A stretch of DNA of 20,517 nt from Octopus sinensis (Eukaryota). The notes under the pieces were generated by a model, which did no database searches, was not told where the DNA came from, and saw only the letters and a program-made list of their open reading frames with translations. Every line of letters starts with the position of its first letter. Position 1 is the first letter of the stretch. The translations under genes were made by a program, and so were the position numbers. This document shows, piece by piece, positions 9,999 to 20,290 of this stretch. Where the stretch lies: the NCBI RefSeq assembly GCF_006345805.1, contig NW_021823976.1:1-20517 (forward strand). Reading direction: 5' to 3'.

Positions 9999-9999
<1 letters not shown>
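9851..9999 (-). mobile_element. SINE family A, lacking the A-box head
   Basis: TAATCC...GGTACAAGGCCTGAAATTTTGG...GAAAGGCAAAGTCGACCTCGGCGGAATCTGAACTCAGAAC. Confidence 0.85.
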
Positions 10000-10032
<33 letters not shown>

Positions 10033-10074
10033 TTCATCATCATCATCATCATCATGATCATGATCATGATCATG

Positions 10075-10118
<44 letters not shown>

Positions 10119-10138
10119 GATCATGATCATCATCATCA
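9999..10138. repeat. (CAT)n with embedded (GATCAT)n blocks
   Basis: Read directly; source of the poly-Met ORF. Confidence 0.95.
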
Positions 10139-10235
10139 AAACTCTCCTACAGCTGGTTGGGCCTTCAATGAGTTCTTCATGTGACATTATGTGCATATGT
10201 GTGGTTGTTTAAACATCTATATATGTATGCATAAG

Positions 10236-10268
<33 letters not shown>

Positions 10269-10699
10269 GTATGTATGTTGTGTTTGAGTGTGTGTGTGTG
10301 TGAGAGAGCGTATGTGTGTATGTATATACGTTTCTATGTATGTCTGGGTGTGCCAGTGTGTCTTCAGGAAGAGGGATGGAGGTAAAGACTGGATGATGTG
10401 TTGGCATTCAATCAGTGAGGATTGTAATCAAGACATCTCAATAGTAAAGAGATGGCGTGGAGTGGGTGATGTGAGGTGTGAGTAGCGCTGGTGATAGTAG
10501 TAGTGTGGTGGTGGCGGCAGCCGCGGCGGTGGTGGTGATGGTGGTGGTAGCGGTAGAAGTGGTGGCCATGATAGTGGTGGTGGTGGTGGTCGCCATTGTT
10601 ATTGCTAACTTCAAGGTCAGCCCTGATCTGGCAGACGTAGAACGAAATGCTTTGCAACCGTGACGATCTGTCTGTCCGTCCGCCCGTCTTCCCGTCTGT

Positions 10700-10709
10700 C
10701 TGTTGTCTG

Positions 10710-10775
<66 letters not shown>

Positions 10776-10777
10776 CC

Positions 10778-10812
<35 letters not shown>

Positions 10813-10984
10813 TAGTCTGTCTGTCTACCTGTCTGCCTGCCTGATTTCTTGCCTGCCTGTCTATCTATCTGTCTCTCTATCTGTCTGTCTGCCTGCCTGC
10901 CTATCTGCCTACCTCTCTGCCTGCCTGACCTGTCTGTCGGTCTCTCTCCATCAATGTATGTATATGTCTGTCTGTCTATGTATG

Positions 10985-11018
<34 letters not shown>

Positions 11019-11110
11019 TGTATGTATGTATGTATGTATGTATGTATGTATGTATGTATGTATGTATGTATGTATCTATCTATCTAAGTGTCTGTCTGTC
11101 TACCTATCCA

Positions 11111-11144
<34 letters not shown>

Positions 11145-11160
11145 AGTCTTTCTCTCTCTT
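10700..11160. repeat. Compound tetranucleotide tract (CTAT)/(CTGT)/(CTGC)/(TATG)
   Basis: Read directly. Confidence 0.95.
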
Positions 11161-12036
11161 CTTATTCCCTCTCCATTCGAACTGCAAACCACAAATAGTT
11201 GGTGTCGGGGGAAAGTGTTGATGATGAAAGTGAGGAAGGAAGGAAGTTTGGCAATCTATAATTGTAAACAATCAAGAATCGCAGACAATCAAACCATAAA
11301 CACACACAAACAAACATACACAAACACATTCCTATATAAGCATACACTGACATATACACAAATATATACACACGTAAAGCTACACACACACACATACAAT
11401 CAATCAAATATACACGTGAAACAGTGTAACAATATCTTCCCTGCAGACATTTTATAAACTCTGTAATCTGGACTTAGAAAGAAACAACAAAAACAAAAAC
11501 AAACAACAAAAAAACCCTGTCGTCTGCTAAATGGCTGACTTTTATTTCATATGTGTCTTTGTTTTTATATAATCTCGCTACTAATGATTTTTTTGGTTAA
11601 ATTAAATTTCTGAGGATTAATCTAGGATTGATCATAAAATTCTTGTTTATAATGGAACAAAATAACAAAATGTTGATGAAGATTTAACGTCTGTAATGAC
11701 ACCGGATTGTAAAGAGTCGAAATATTTTGGCAGAAATTACGCTGCTTGTTTGTCGTTGTTGCTGATTTCTTGATAATTTTGATTAGATTCGCTGTTAATT
11801 TTGATTGAGGAAGACATTATATGTTTTGTTAGAGTTTTCCCAGTAGATAAGCTCTTGGACTGTTTAGCTTATCGTTTATTAGTTCAATCCCACTGCAGGT
11901 GTTCCGTTCGTCTTCTGTAGAGGGTGGCGCATCACAAGACTTCGCATTGTTTCAGAAACGAGCTATCACCATGCAATCGTTTGTTCTGTTAGAAATCGCA
12001 GCCAAACTTTTTCTCAAATCACATCCGATAGTCCTT

Positions 12037-12052
12037 AATGATAATGATAATA

Positions 12053-12094
<42 letters not shown>

Positions 12095-12144
12095 TAATAA
12101 TAATGATAATAATAATGATAATAATAATAATAATAATAATAATG

Positions 12145-12177
<33 letters not shown>

Positions 12178-12182
12178 TAATA

Positions 12183-12221
<39 letters not shown>

Positions 12222-12287
12222 TAATAATTAAATAATAATATAATAATAATACTAATAATAATGATGATGATGATGATGATGATGATG

Positions 12288-12335
<48 letters not shown>

Positions 12336-12388
12336 TAATTATTATTATTATTATTATTATTATTTTATTATTGTTATCATTATTATCT
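12037..12388. repeat. Long (AAT)n with (GAT)n inserts, flipping to (ATT)n near 12337
   Basis: Read directly. Confidence 0.95.
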
Positions 12389-12876
12389 TGTACATTGTTT
12401 TGTCTTTGTATAAAAGATGGGCTACAGCAAATATTCTGCTCAATACCACAGATTTGCTTGTCAGTTGTTTGACCTTAACCAGTTGAGCATGTCCCTTAGT
12501 GGTTGACGATATGTGCATCTCTGATTATGAACAGAAGTAGTGGGGGAGCATCATAGCCGTGTGTTGAAAGGAATTCTTATAGGTTTGGATAATTCACCTT
12601 TGGAAACATAGGTGTTTCGTTCAACATCCTTAAACAATCCTTATTCAGGGACCTTTTCAGCAGGATGGGTTACTCGACCAGAAGAAAATTCCATTTGGGC
12701 CCCGCCTACAAGGTCATGTGCTGTTAATCTTGATATGAGATCACCATGTCGTGCACATATGGTTGTGATGCATGTGCCTGGTGTACCCTTATCAGACGTG
12801 TAGTCATGATGGGTATACTGGGCTTCGTATATTTTACCCCAGTGTTACTTTGATGGCATACACTGCTCTCTCACTC
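12389..12876. mobile_element. Non-coding interspersed element X, copy 1 (left end missing)
   Basis: Colinear and highly similar by eye to 17403-17877; ends CTCTCTCACTC followed by an AAT tract. No ORF of note; sense strand unknown. Confidence 0.85.
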
Positions 12877-12884
12877 TATAACAA

Positions 12885-13112
12885 TAATAATAATCCTTTC
12901 TACTATTAACACAACCTAAAATTTTGGGCGGGGGGAGAGGACCAGTCGACTACATCGACCCCAGTGTTTCACTGGTACTTAATTTATCGTCCCCGAAAAG
13001 GATGAAAGGCAAAGTCGACCTCGGCGGAATTTGAACTCAGAACGTAGTGATGGATGAAATGCCGCTAAGGGTTTCGTCCAGCATGCTAACGATTCTGCCA
13101 GCTCGTTGCCTT
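12885..13112 (-). mobile_element. SINE family A, full length
   Basis: Reverse complement reads AAGGCAACGAGCTGGCAGAATCGTTAGC...GAGTTCAAATTCCGCCGAGGTCGACTTTGCCTTTCATCC...GAAAGGATTATTATT. Confidence 0.9.
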
Positions 13113-13124
13113 ATTTATAGTAAA

Positions 13125-13131
13125 TACTACA

Positions 13132-13172
<41 letters not shown>

Positions 13173-13305
13173 CTATACTACCACCACCACCACCACCACT
13201 ACCACCACCTACTACTACCACCACCACCACCACCACCACCACTTACTACTGCTTGCTACTACTACCCACCACTACCACTACTACTACTACTACTACACTA
13301 CTACA

Positions 13306-13338
<33 letters not shown>

Positions 13339-13450
13339 ACTACTACTACTACTACACTACTACTACTACCACCACCACCACCACCACCACTGCTGCTACT
13401 ACTACCACCACCACCACCCCACCACCACCACCACCACCACCACCACCACC

Positions 13451-13503
<53 letters not shown>

Positions 13504-13504
13504 A

Positions 13505-13543
<39 letters not shown>

Positions 13544-13585
13544 ACTACTACTACTACTACTACTACTACTAATAATAATAATAAT
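13125..13585. repeat. Compound trinucleotide tract (CTA)/(CCA)/(CTG)/(AAT)
   Basis: Read directly. Confidence 0.95.
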
Positions 13586-13624
13586 AGAGCCACTATCTGG
13601 TACTACATCGGGGCATATAATAAT

Positions 13625-15026
13625 ATTAATGGTGAAATGATAAAGGCAATTCGATTTCAGTCCAGTTATACATACTTGGGAATATTTGAGGCAGAAGGAA
13701 TTAGACACAACGACATGAAGGAAAAGACAAAAAGAGAGGACCTGGCTTCAAAGCTGAATGCCAGAACATGATTTGGGCAATAAACTCGCGCGCGGTTGCA
13801 GTAGTTCGTTATAGCGCTGGAATCCAGAAGTGGACAGAGGAGGAGCTAAAGGAGATGGGCAGGAAGTCGAGAAAGCTCCTAAGGATGCATGGAGCCCATC
13901 ATTCCCGTGTAGATACTGATCGCCTATACATGAAGAGAGCAAACGGAGGAAGAGGACTGCTAAGTGTAGAAGACTGCGTACATATCGAACTCGAGAGCTT
14001 AACGAGATACCTAGCCGAAAGTAAGGATACCTTGCTAGTGGAGGGACAACCATTGGAATGAGCAAGTGTCTCCACTGTGCCGCATCTGTAATAGAGTAGA
14101 TCAGACCATTGCCCATATCATGAAGGAATGCCCTAGACTTGCCCCAAACCACTACAAGTTGTGCGACACGATCAGGTGGCGAAAGTGCTAGGCTGAAATC
14201 TGTGCGAAAAGTGGGGACTAGAGAGAGGCAAAACGTGGTATGAGAACAAACCGCAGAGAGTGGCGGGGTCGGAGACTAGCAAAATCCTCTGGGATTTCCC
14301 AATCCAATCAGATTAGGTGCTAGAGCATAATAGACCGAACCTAGTAGTGGTGGACAAGATTCACCACATGTGCTATATAGTTGATGTTGCATGCCCTTTT
14401 GACCCACGAATAGTCCAGAAGGAAGGCGAAAAAATAGATACATACAACCCTCTTAAGTACGAAAAAGCCCGGCTTTGGAAAATGAAGAAGGTGAAGATAG
14501 TGCCAATTATTGTTTGATCCTTGTGGACATGCGTAGTAGACCTGTTAGAAAAGGTTTGCTTCCTTGGCACAGCCGGAATAATCAGGAAAGTATTAGATAG
14601 GAGTAAAGATTGTTTGCCATCATAACATGGCAGTCCTGGTTTAGGACGAATGTTGCTGTAATTTAGCCCCAGGAGACAGTCTCCAGCTGGCTGTACGACA
14701 CGATCTGTGTCCTTATATTTTCGAACAAAGGAATCTAGCACACCTACTCGAAAATATAAGGGCACAGATTGTGCCTAAATTACAGCAACAATTGTTCTAA
14801 ACCAGGACTGCCATGTTATGTTGGCTAACAATCTTTACTCCAAAGTACTGTTGCTGAGTATCTCTCGTTGTGAGATTTACGAATAGAAATTTTCTAATTA
14901 TTAGCTGAAAAGAACGGATACCAAGGTACCGTAGGCTACAGGTAGTAATCCGCTACGCATGCAAGACTTCAGGAGCTCCAACAAAACCTGCAATAAAAAG
15001 AAAATAATATTAATAATAATAATAAC

Positions 15027-15106
<80 letters not shown>

Positions 15107-15123
15107 TAATAATAATAATAATA
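13625..15123 (+). mobile_element. 5'-truncated, internally deleted R4/Dong-type non-LTR retrotransposon (REL endonuclease), interrupted by a foldback element, with (AAT)n tail
   Basis: YTYLGI, AINSRAVAVVRYSAG, DTDRLYMKRANGGRGL (post-RT region); CRICNRVDQTIAHIMKEC (CX2CX8HX4C, 14078-14131); RHDQVA, ILWDFPIQSD, HNRPNLVVVD..IVDVACPFD..EK (REL motifs); putative 3'UTR 14842-15002 then (AAT)n. Confidence 0.85.
14600..14841. mobile_element. 242-bp foldback/MITE-like element with 67-bp terminal inverted repeats and an inner 22-bp inverted repeat
   Basis: 14600-14666 versus reverse complement of 14775-14841: 5 mismatches. 14703-14724 versus 14748-14769: 1 mismatch. No target-site duplication visible. 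Confidence 0.8.
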
Positions 15124-15482
15124 AACGGACTTATTGGAACTAAAATGAAGCTTTATCTGGAAAGTCAAGATGGTCATGGATAGAATATATTTGCTCTTAA
15201 GTCTTAGACCTTGGTTTAAACAACAACAGCAATAGCAACAACAGCAACATTGATTCTTTTGCATTTTGTTTTTGATATCCATTATCAGAGCCCTGCTACC
15301 CGTATATGTTCTTTAACCATGGCAACGCGATCTACCCGTGTCTCCTCATTTTTTTTCACCTGAAAATCTACCCAACCTTCTACAAATAAGACAAAATAAC
15401 CCACCCGATTCTCCTCCGTCACATTTTCCAATCAAAGCCACCGAAAAATACCTAAATTCACCCCCCACCCCACCACCTTCCA

Positions 15483-15590
15483 CCTTCTTCTTCTTCTTTC
15501 TTCTTCTTCTTCTTCTTCTTCTTCTTCTTCTTCTTCTTCTTTCTTCTCTCTTCTTCTTCTTCTTCTTCTTCTTTTCTTCTTCTTCTTCTC
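15483..15590. repeat. (CTT)n polypyrimidine tract
   Basis: Read directly. Confidence 0.95.
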
Positions 15591-15844
15591 CCTCCCCCCG
15601 ACGTCTCTTCTGCCTTTCCACCTTCTTCGCCAGCGAAGGCCACTCGGATGACTGGAATCACCCGTTCCTCCTCTAAAACTTACGTTCCCCCTCTCTCCCC
15701 GCCTAAATCCTTCACTCAGCCCTTCCTCTCCCTCTTACCCGTAGCCACATGAAATCTCACTCATCATTTCTACTTTAGCAGCCATCTTTTTGATTCACAA
15801 AAGTTACACCTGGGATGAAAGTTCGCAACCGCCTCAACCCCCCC

Positions 15845-15857
15845 CCATCATCATCAT

Positions 15858-15888
<31 letters not shown>

Positions 15889-16005
15889 GTAATTATCATC
15901 GCCATCGCCATGAGTAACGTAATCGTCCCCTCGTCACCAGCAACACTACCACCGCCGCCATCACCACCACCACCACCACCACCACCACCACCACACCACC
16001 AGCAG
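15845..16005. repeat. (CAT)n/(CCA)n low-complexity tract
   Basis: Read directly. Confidence 0.85.
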
Positions 16006-16309
16006 CTCCATCCCACCGCCATCAGTTATCACCGCCATCTGTGTAGTTGTTTCCAACAATGGCGCCGAGTGTTATGTCTGTCTGTGTGGAGTTGTGATTA
16101 GGCAAGTCATTGATGAGTTGGGGGAACAAGATACAAAACAATAGAAAACAAAACAAAAAACAAAAACAAAACAAAACAGAAAAACAACAAAAGAGAAAAA
16201 AAAAAGAAAAGCAACCAAAAAATGGTGGAATGGAATCAAGTCAATGAAATAGCAATCAACACCGAATAATCAGGGAACCAACAAAATCAAACATTTCAAT
16301 CAAACAATA

Positions 16310-16515
16310 TCGTTATTGTTATCATTTATTATTATTATTATTATTATTATTGTTGTTGTTGTTATTGTTGTTGTTGTTTTTGTTGTTGTTGTTGTTGTTA
16401 TTATTATTATCATCATCATCACCATAATCATCATCATAATCATCATCATCATCATCATCACCACCACACCACCACCATCATCATCACCATCATCGCCATC
16501 ATCAACACCACCACC

Positions 16516-16549
<34 letters not shown>

Positions 16550-16620
16550 TCATCATTATCATCATCATCACTACTACCACCACCACCACCACCACCACCA
16601 TCATCATTATCATCACCACC

Positions 16621-16651
<31 letters not shown>

Positions 16652-16691
16652 CCACAAACGGCAGCAGCAGCAGCGGCAACAGAGCAGCAGC

Positions 16692-16734
<43 letters not shown>

Positions 16735-16745
16735 TCATCATCATT
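16310..16745. repeat. Compound trinucleotide tract (ATT)/(GTT)/(CAT)/(CCA)/(CAG)/(CAA)
   Basis: Read directly. Confidence 0.95.
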
Positions 16746-16970
16746 GTCGGTGTTATTATCGCCGTAAATAAGAGAACTTCCTAAAAACAAAACGTAAAAT
16801 CAATAGAAATAGTAAACAAAACTTTGAAAACAAGAAAACTTAGCAAAAATCAACATTGTAAAGAATAACAAAATATTTTAAAACCATATTCAGAAAAAAA
16901 TGATAGCAAAATGATATAAAAAAATTATAAAAATAAGAAAAACAACAACGTAAAAAAATGATATAAACAA

Positions 16971-17117
16971 CGTGCCTGTGTGGTAAGAAACGTGCCTCCT
17001 AACCACGTGGTTCCTGGTTCAGTCCCACTGCGTGATACTTTGGACGTCTTCTACTATAGCCTAGGGCCGACTAAAGCTTTGTGAGTGGATGTTGTAGACG
17101 GAAACTGAAAGAAGCCC

Positions 17118-17161
<44 letters not shown>

Positions 17162-17230
17162 GTGTGTGTGTGTGTGTGGTGTGTGTGTGTGTGTGTGTGT
17201 ATGTGTGTGTGTCCGCCACCACCGCTTGAA
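16971..17230 (+). mobile_element. SINE family B, 3'-truncated
   Basis: CGTGCCTGTGTGGTAAGAAAC...GGTTCAGTCCCACTGCGTG...GACGGAAACTGAAAGAAGCCC(TA)n(TG)n CCGCCACCACCGCTTGA. Confidence 0.87.
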
Positions 17231-17332
17231 CACACATGGTAAGGGGTCGAAAGAAATAACACAAAGGACTTAGTTCGATGCTCTTACGATTCTAACACGC
17301 CTCAGTAATAATAATAATAATAATAATAAAAT

Positions 17333-17877
17333 AAATGCCCTGATGCAGTACCAGGCAGTGGCTCTCGTGGCTTCTGATCTTAACTGATTGGAAGTGTTAT
17401 CATGTACATTGGTTTGTCTTGGTATAAAAGATGGGCTACAGCAAATAAGAAGATTTGCCTGTCAGTTGTTTGACCTTAACCAATTGACCATGTTTCTTAG
17501 TGGTTGACGATATATGCACCTCTGATCCCAAGCAGAAGTAGTGGGGAAGTATCATAGCCATGTGTTGAGAGGGATTCTTCGGGGTTTGAATAATTCACCT
17601 CTGGAAACATGGGTGTTTCATTCAACATCCTTAAACAACCCTTATTCAGGGACCTTTTCAGCGAGATGAGTTACTCGACCAGAAGAAAATTCTAACTGGG
17701 CCCCACCTGCAAGGTCATGTGCTGTTTATCTTGATATGAGATCACCATGTCGTGCACATATGAGTGTGATGCATGTGCCTTGTGTACCCTTATCAGACGG
17801 GTAGTCATGATAGGTACACTGGGCTTCGAATATTTTACTCCAGTGTCACTTTGATGGCATACACTGCTCTCTCACTC
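17333..17877. mobile_element. Non-coding interspersed element X, copy 2 (apparently complete)
   Basis: Flanked by (AAT)n at 17306-17330 and 17878-17929; colinear with 12389-12876. Confidence 0.87.
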
Positions 17878-17928
<51 letters not shown>

Positions 17929-18142
17929 TGATAAATACAGAAAATAGCAAAATACAATACAAAAATTGTAGAAAAACTGCGAAACATTCAGGTAGTTATA
18001 CACGCACACATACACACAAACAGATAATTAAAATCTATCTTTATATCTTTGATGGCGGTCCTTTATTTACAGGCATCTCATAAGTTGATGGATCAATTGA
18101 AATGAAGTAACTCGTCCAAGGATATTCCAGAGTCAAGCCCAT

Positions 18143-18187
18143 GGAAATTCGTCCAGCCAGCTAACGACTCTGCCAGCTCGCTACCTT
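18143..18187 (-). mobile_element. SINE family A, tRNA-like head fragment
   Basis: Reverse complement reads AAGGTAGCGAGCTGGCAGAGTCGTTAGCTGGCTGGACGAATTTCC. Confidence 0.7.
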
Positions 18188-18217
18188 AATAATAATAATA
18201 ATAATAATAATATAATA

Positions 18218-18267
<50 letters not shown>

Positions 18268-18285
18268 TAATAAAAAAAAAAAAAA

Positions 18286-18700
18286 TGCTTTCTAATGATG
18301 TATCAATACCGGCTGATGACAACGTGTCTCTAAAAGAAATGGAGAAACGCTCAAAATACAAGACCTGAAATAGAGGTAACTAGAATGTGGAATCTGAAAA
18401 CAGAAACAATTCCTATCATAGTAGGTGCATTAGGCATGATAAAAAAATATTCAGACAAATACATAACAAACCACCAGACTTACAAACACATATAACATAC
18501 AGAAAATTGCACTACTAGGCACTGCACACATCCTACGCAGAACACTTTCCATACAATAACCATCAGAGCATCACAACAATCACAGCACATACCCAAGGCC
18601 ACAGAGCTGCGCTCGGTAGTGAAGTGAAAGCACGCTATAAAAATAAAACTACTGAATAATAATAATAATAATAATATAATAATAATAATAATAATAACAA
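18286..18700 (+). mobile_element. 3' end of a second R4/Dong-type REL retrotransposon with (AAT)n tail
   Basis: Broken frames read CFL.DVSIPADDNVSLKEMEKRSKYK(D)LEIEVTRMWNLKTETIPIIVGALGMIKK...IQKIALLGTAHILRRTLSIQ* (TAA 18557-18559); 3'UTR to 18654, then AAT repeats. Also preceded by (AAT)n at 18188-18265. Confidence 0.85.
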
Positions 18701-19089
18701 CAACAGCAGTAGTAATAATAATAATGATGATGATATTAATAATTGTATCTCTACATGAAGCAAATCGGAAAAAAAATCCGTTAATGGAAAAGTAATGTTT
18801 CCAATCAGTCCTAAAAGGTTACTAGGCTCGTTCGTTCGTTTCGGCGATGAACTTTTTCAGGAGTATGTTCAAGGCATTTTCATTGCCCCCACCATCCAAA
18901 ATTCAGGGGGTGTACTTGCACTGCCTGTACCTCCTGTTCCAGATCTTATGACCCCCAGGAAGCAGAACCACGACTAAACGTAATTCCACTCGTTCCCATG
19001 AAGTCTTTCAGCGTTTAGTCGTAGAATTGGGATTGGAGAGATTTGGCTGCTATTTCTAGCAGGCCAATCGTTCAAGTAGAATTAGTTTC

Positions 19090-19092
<3 letters not shown>

Positions 19093-19124
<32 letters not shown>

Positions 19125-19274
19125 GATGATGATGATGATGATGATATGATGATAATGATGATGTTGATCATGAGTGGGTGGAGGTGACTGCTGCTGCTGG
19201 TGATCATGCTGTTGATGGTGACGCTGATGGTATTAGTGATGATGTTGGCTATGATGGGGATGATGATAATGGTA

Positions 19275-19309
<35 letters not shown>

Positions 19310-19535
19310 AGAGGTGGAAATGGTGATAGTCGTGATGGTGATGTCAGTGACAATGATGAGGGGCGATGGCGATGATGATCATGATGATGATAGTGGAGGG
19401 GATAACGATGAAGATGAGGATTACGATAGTGATGATAATGCTGTCGATGGTGATGACGTGGATGATGATGATGATATGATGATGATGATGAGGATGATGA
19501 TAATGTTGATGGTGTTGGTGATGGTGACGTGGTGG

Positions 19536-19567
<32 letters not shown>

Positions 19568-19620
19568 GACAAAGACGGAGTTGATGGCGGTGGTGTTGGT
19601 GTTGGTGGTGATGGTGGCGA
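19093..19620. repeat. Imperfect (GAT)n/(GGT)n tract
   Basis: Read directly. Confidence 0.92.
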
Positions 19621-20139
19621 AGATTAGCGAGATTACCTCGCCTGCAGGGCAATCATTTAATTCCATCTTTATTAAAAACTCGAAGAAACTGAGCCGCCTT
19701 GTGCGCTCGCATTTAACGCGCGCGTGCGTGCGTCCGTGTGTCGGTGTCTGTGTCTGTGTACATGTCTACATATATGTGCGTGCATGAGCGTTTTTGTATG
19801 TATCTGCATGTGTGCGCGCAGGTGAGTTTGAGCGCGCGCGCGTATGTTGTGTGTGTGTGTGGTGTGTGTGTGTGTGTGTGTGTGTAAGTATGTGTGTGTG
19901 TAAGGACCGAAAGATGAACAATATGAAAAGAGATTCAGCAGAGGTGTGGAAAATTAGAAATCAAGGACACGTTACCAATACTAATATACATGTGTATATA
20001 TACACACACAACATACACGCTCTGTATATACATACATACATACATACATAATACATACATACACACATACATACATACATACATACATATACATACATAC
20101 ATATATATTATATATATATATATCGATAGCCACTACACA

Positions 20140-20290
20140 TTCTATATATTCTCTCCTTGTTTCTTTCTGTGGAGAGCATAGGCGCGAAACGTTAAAGACT
20201 TTTTCACTTCCCGAGCGTTAAACTAATACATCTGTTTGTTGTCTACACCACCTGTCTTCGTCTTTTGCTTTTTTGTGAATTCTCCCTATA
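20140..20290 (+). mobile_element. Probable Penelope-like retroelement terminal-repeat remnant
   Basis: Contains the CTG..GA-GAGC-N4-GC.C-GAAACGTT arrangement seen in Penelope-like pseudo-LTRs; bounded by (TA)n on both sides. No coding evidence, so the class assignment is inference. Confidence 0.5.
20162..20198 (+). ncRNA. Degenerate minimal type-I hammerhead ribozyme-like motif
   Basis: TCTTT / CTGTGGA / GAGC-ATAG-GCGC / GAAA-CG-T-T / AAAGA: 5-bp stem I, core one base off CUGANGA, stem II with one mismatch, GUU cleavage triplet. Confidence 0.45.

Noticed and set aside
10606-10670. CTAACTTCAAGGTCAGCCCTGATC... resembles a repeat I recall from octopus DNA
   Set aside because: Single copy in the window; cannot be supported from this sequence alone.
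15313-15326. X-box-like TTAACCATGGCAAC
   Set aside because: One mismatch at the conserved first G and no promoter evidence.
18968-19024. Hammerhead on the minus strand between the 11-13 bp arms (CTGAAAGA...GGAATTA)
   Set aside because: Extra base in the core, weak stem II, and no GAAA or stem III.
19640-19830. Splice-like motifs (minus CAG|GCGAG|GTAATC; plus CAG|GTGAGT at 19821) and CpG-rich stretch
   Set aside because: Candidate plus-strand exon has stops in all frames; CpGs arise from degenerate (GC/GT)n repeats; the micro-exon is unsupported.
10-20181. Dozens of low-complexity ORFs (poly-Pro, -Val, -Ile, -Met, YI/CV/HT repeats)
   Set aside because: They are translations of microsatellites, with no domain content or splice support.
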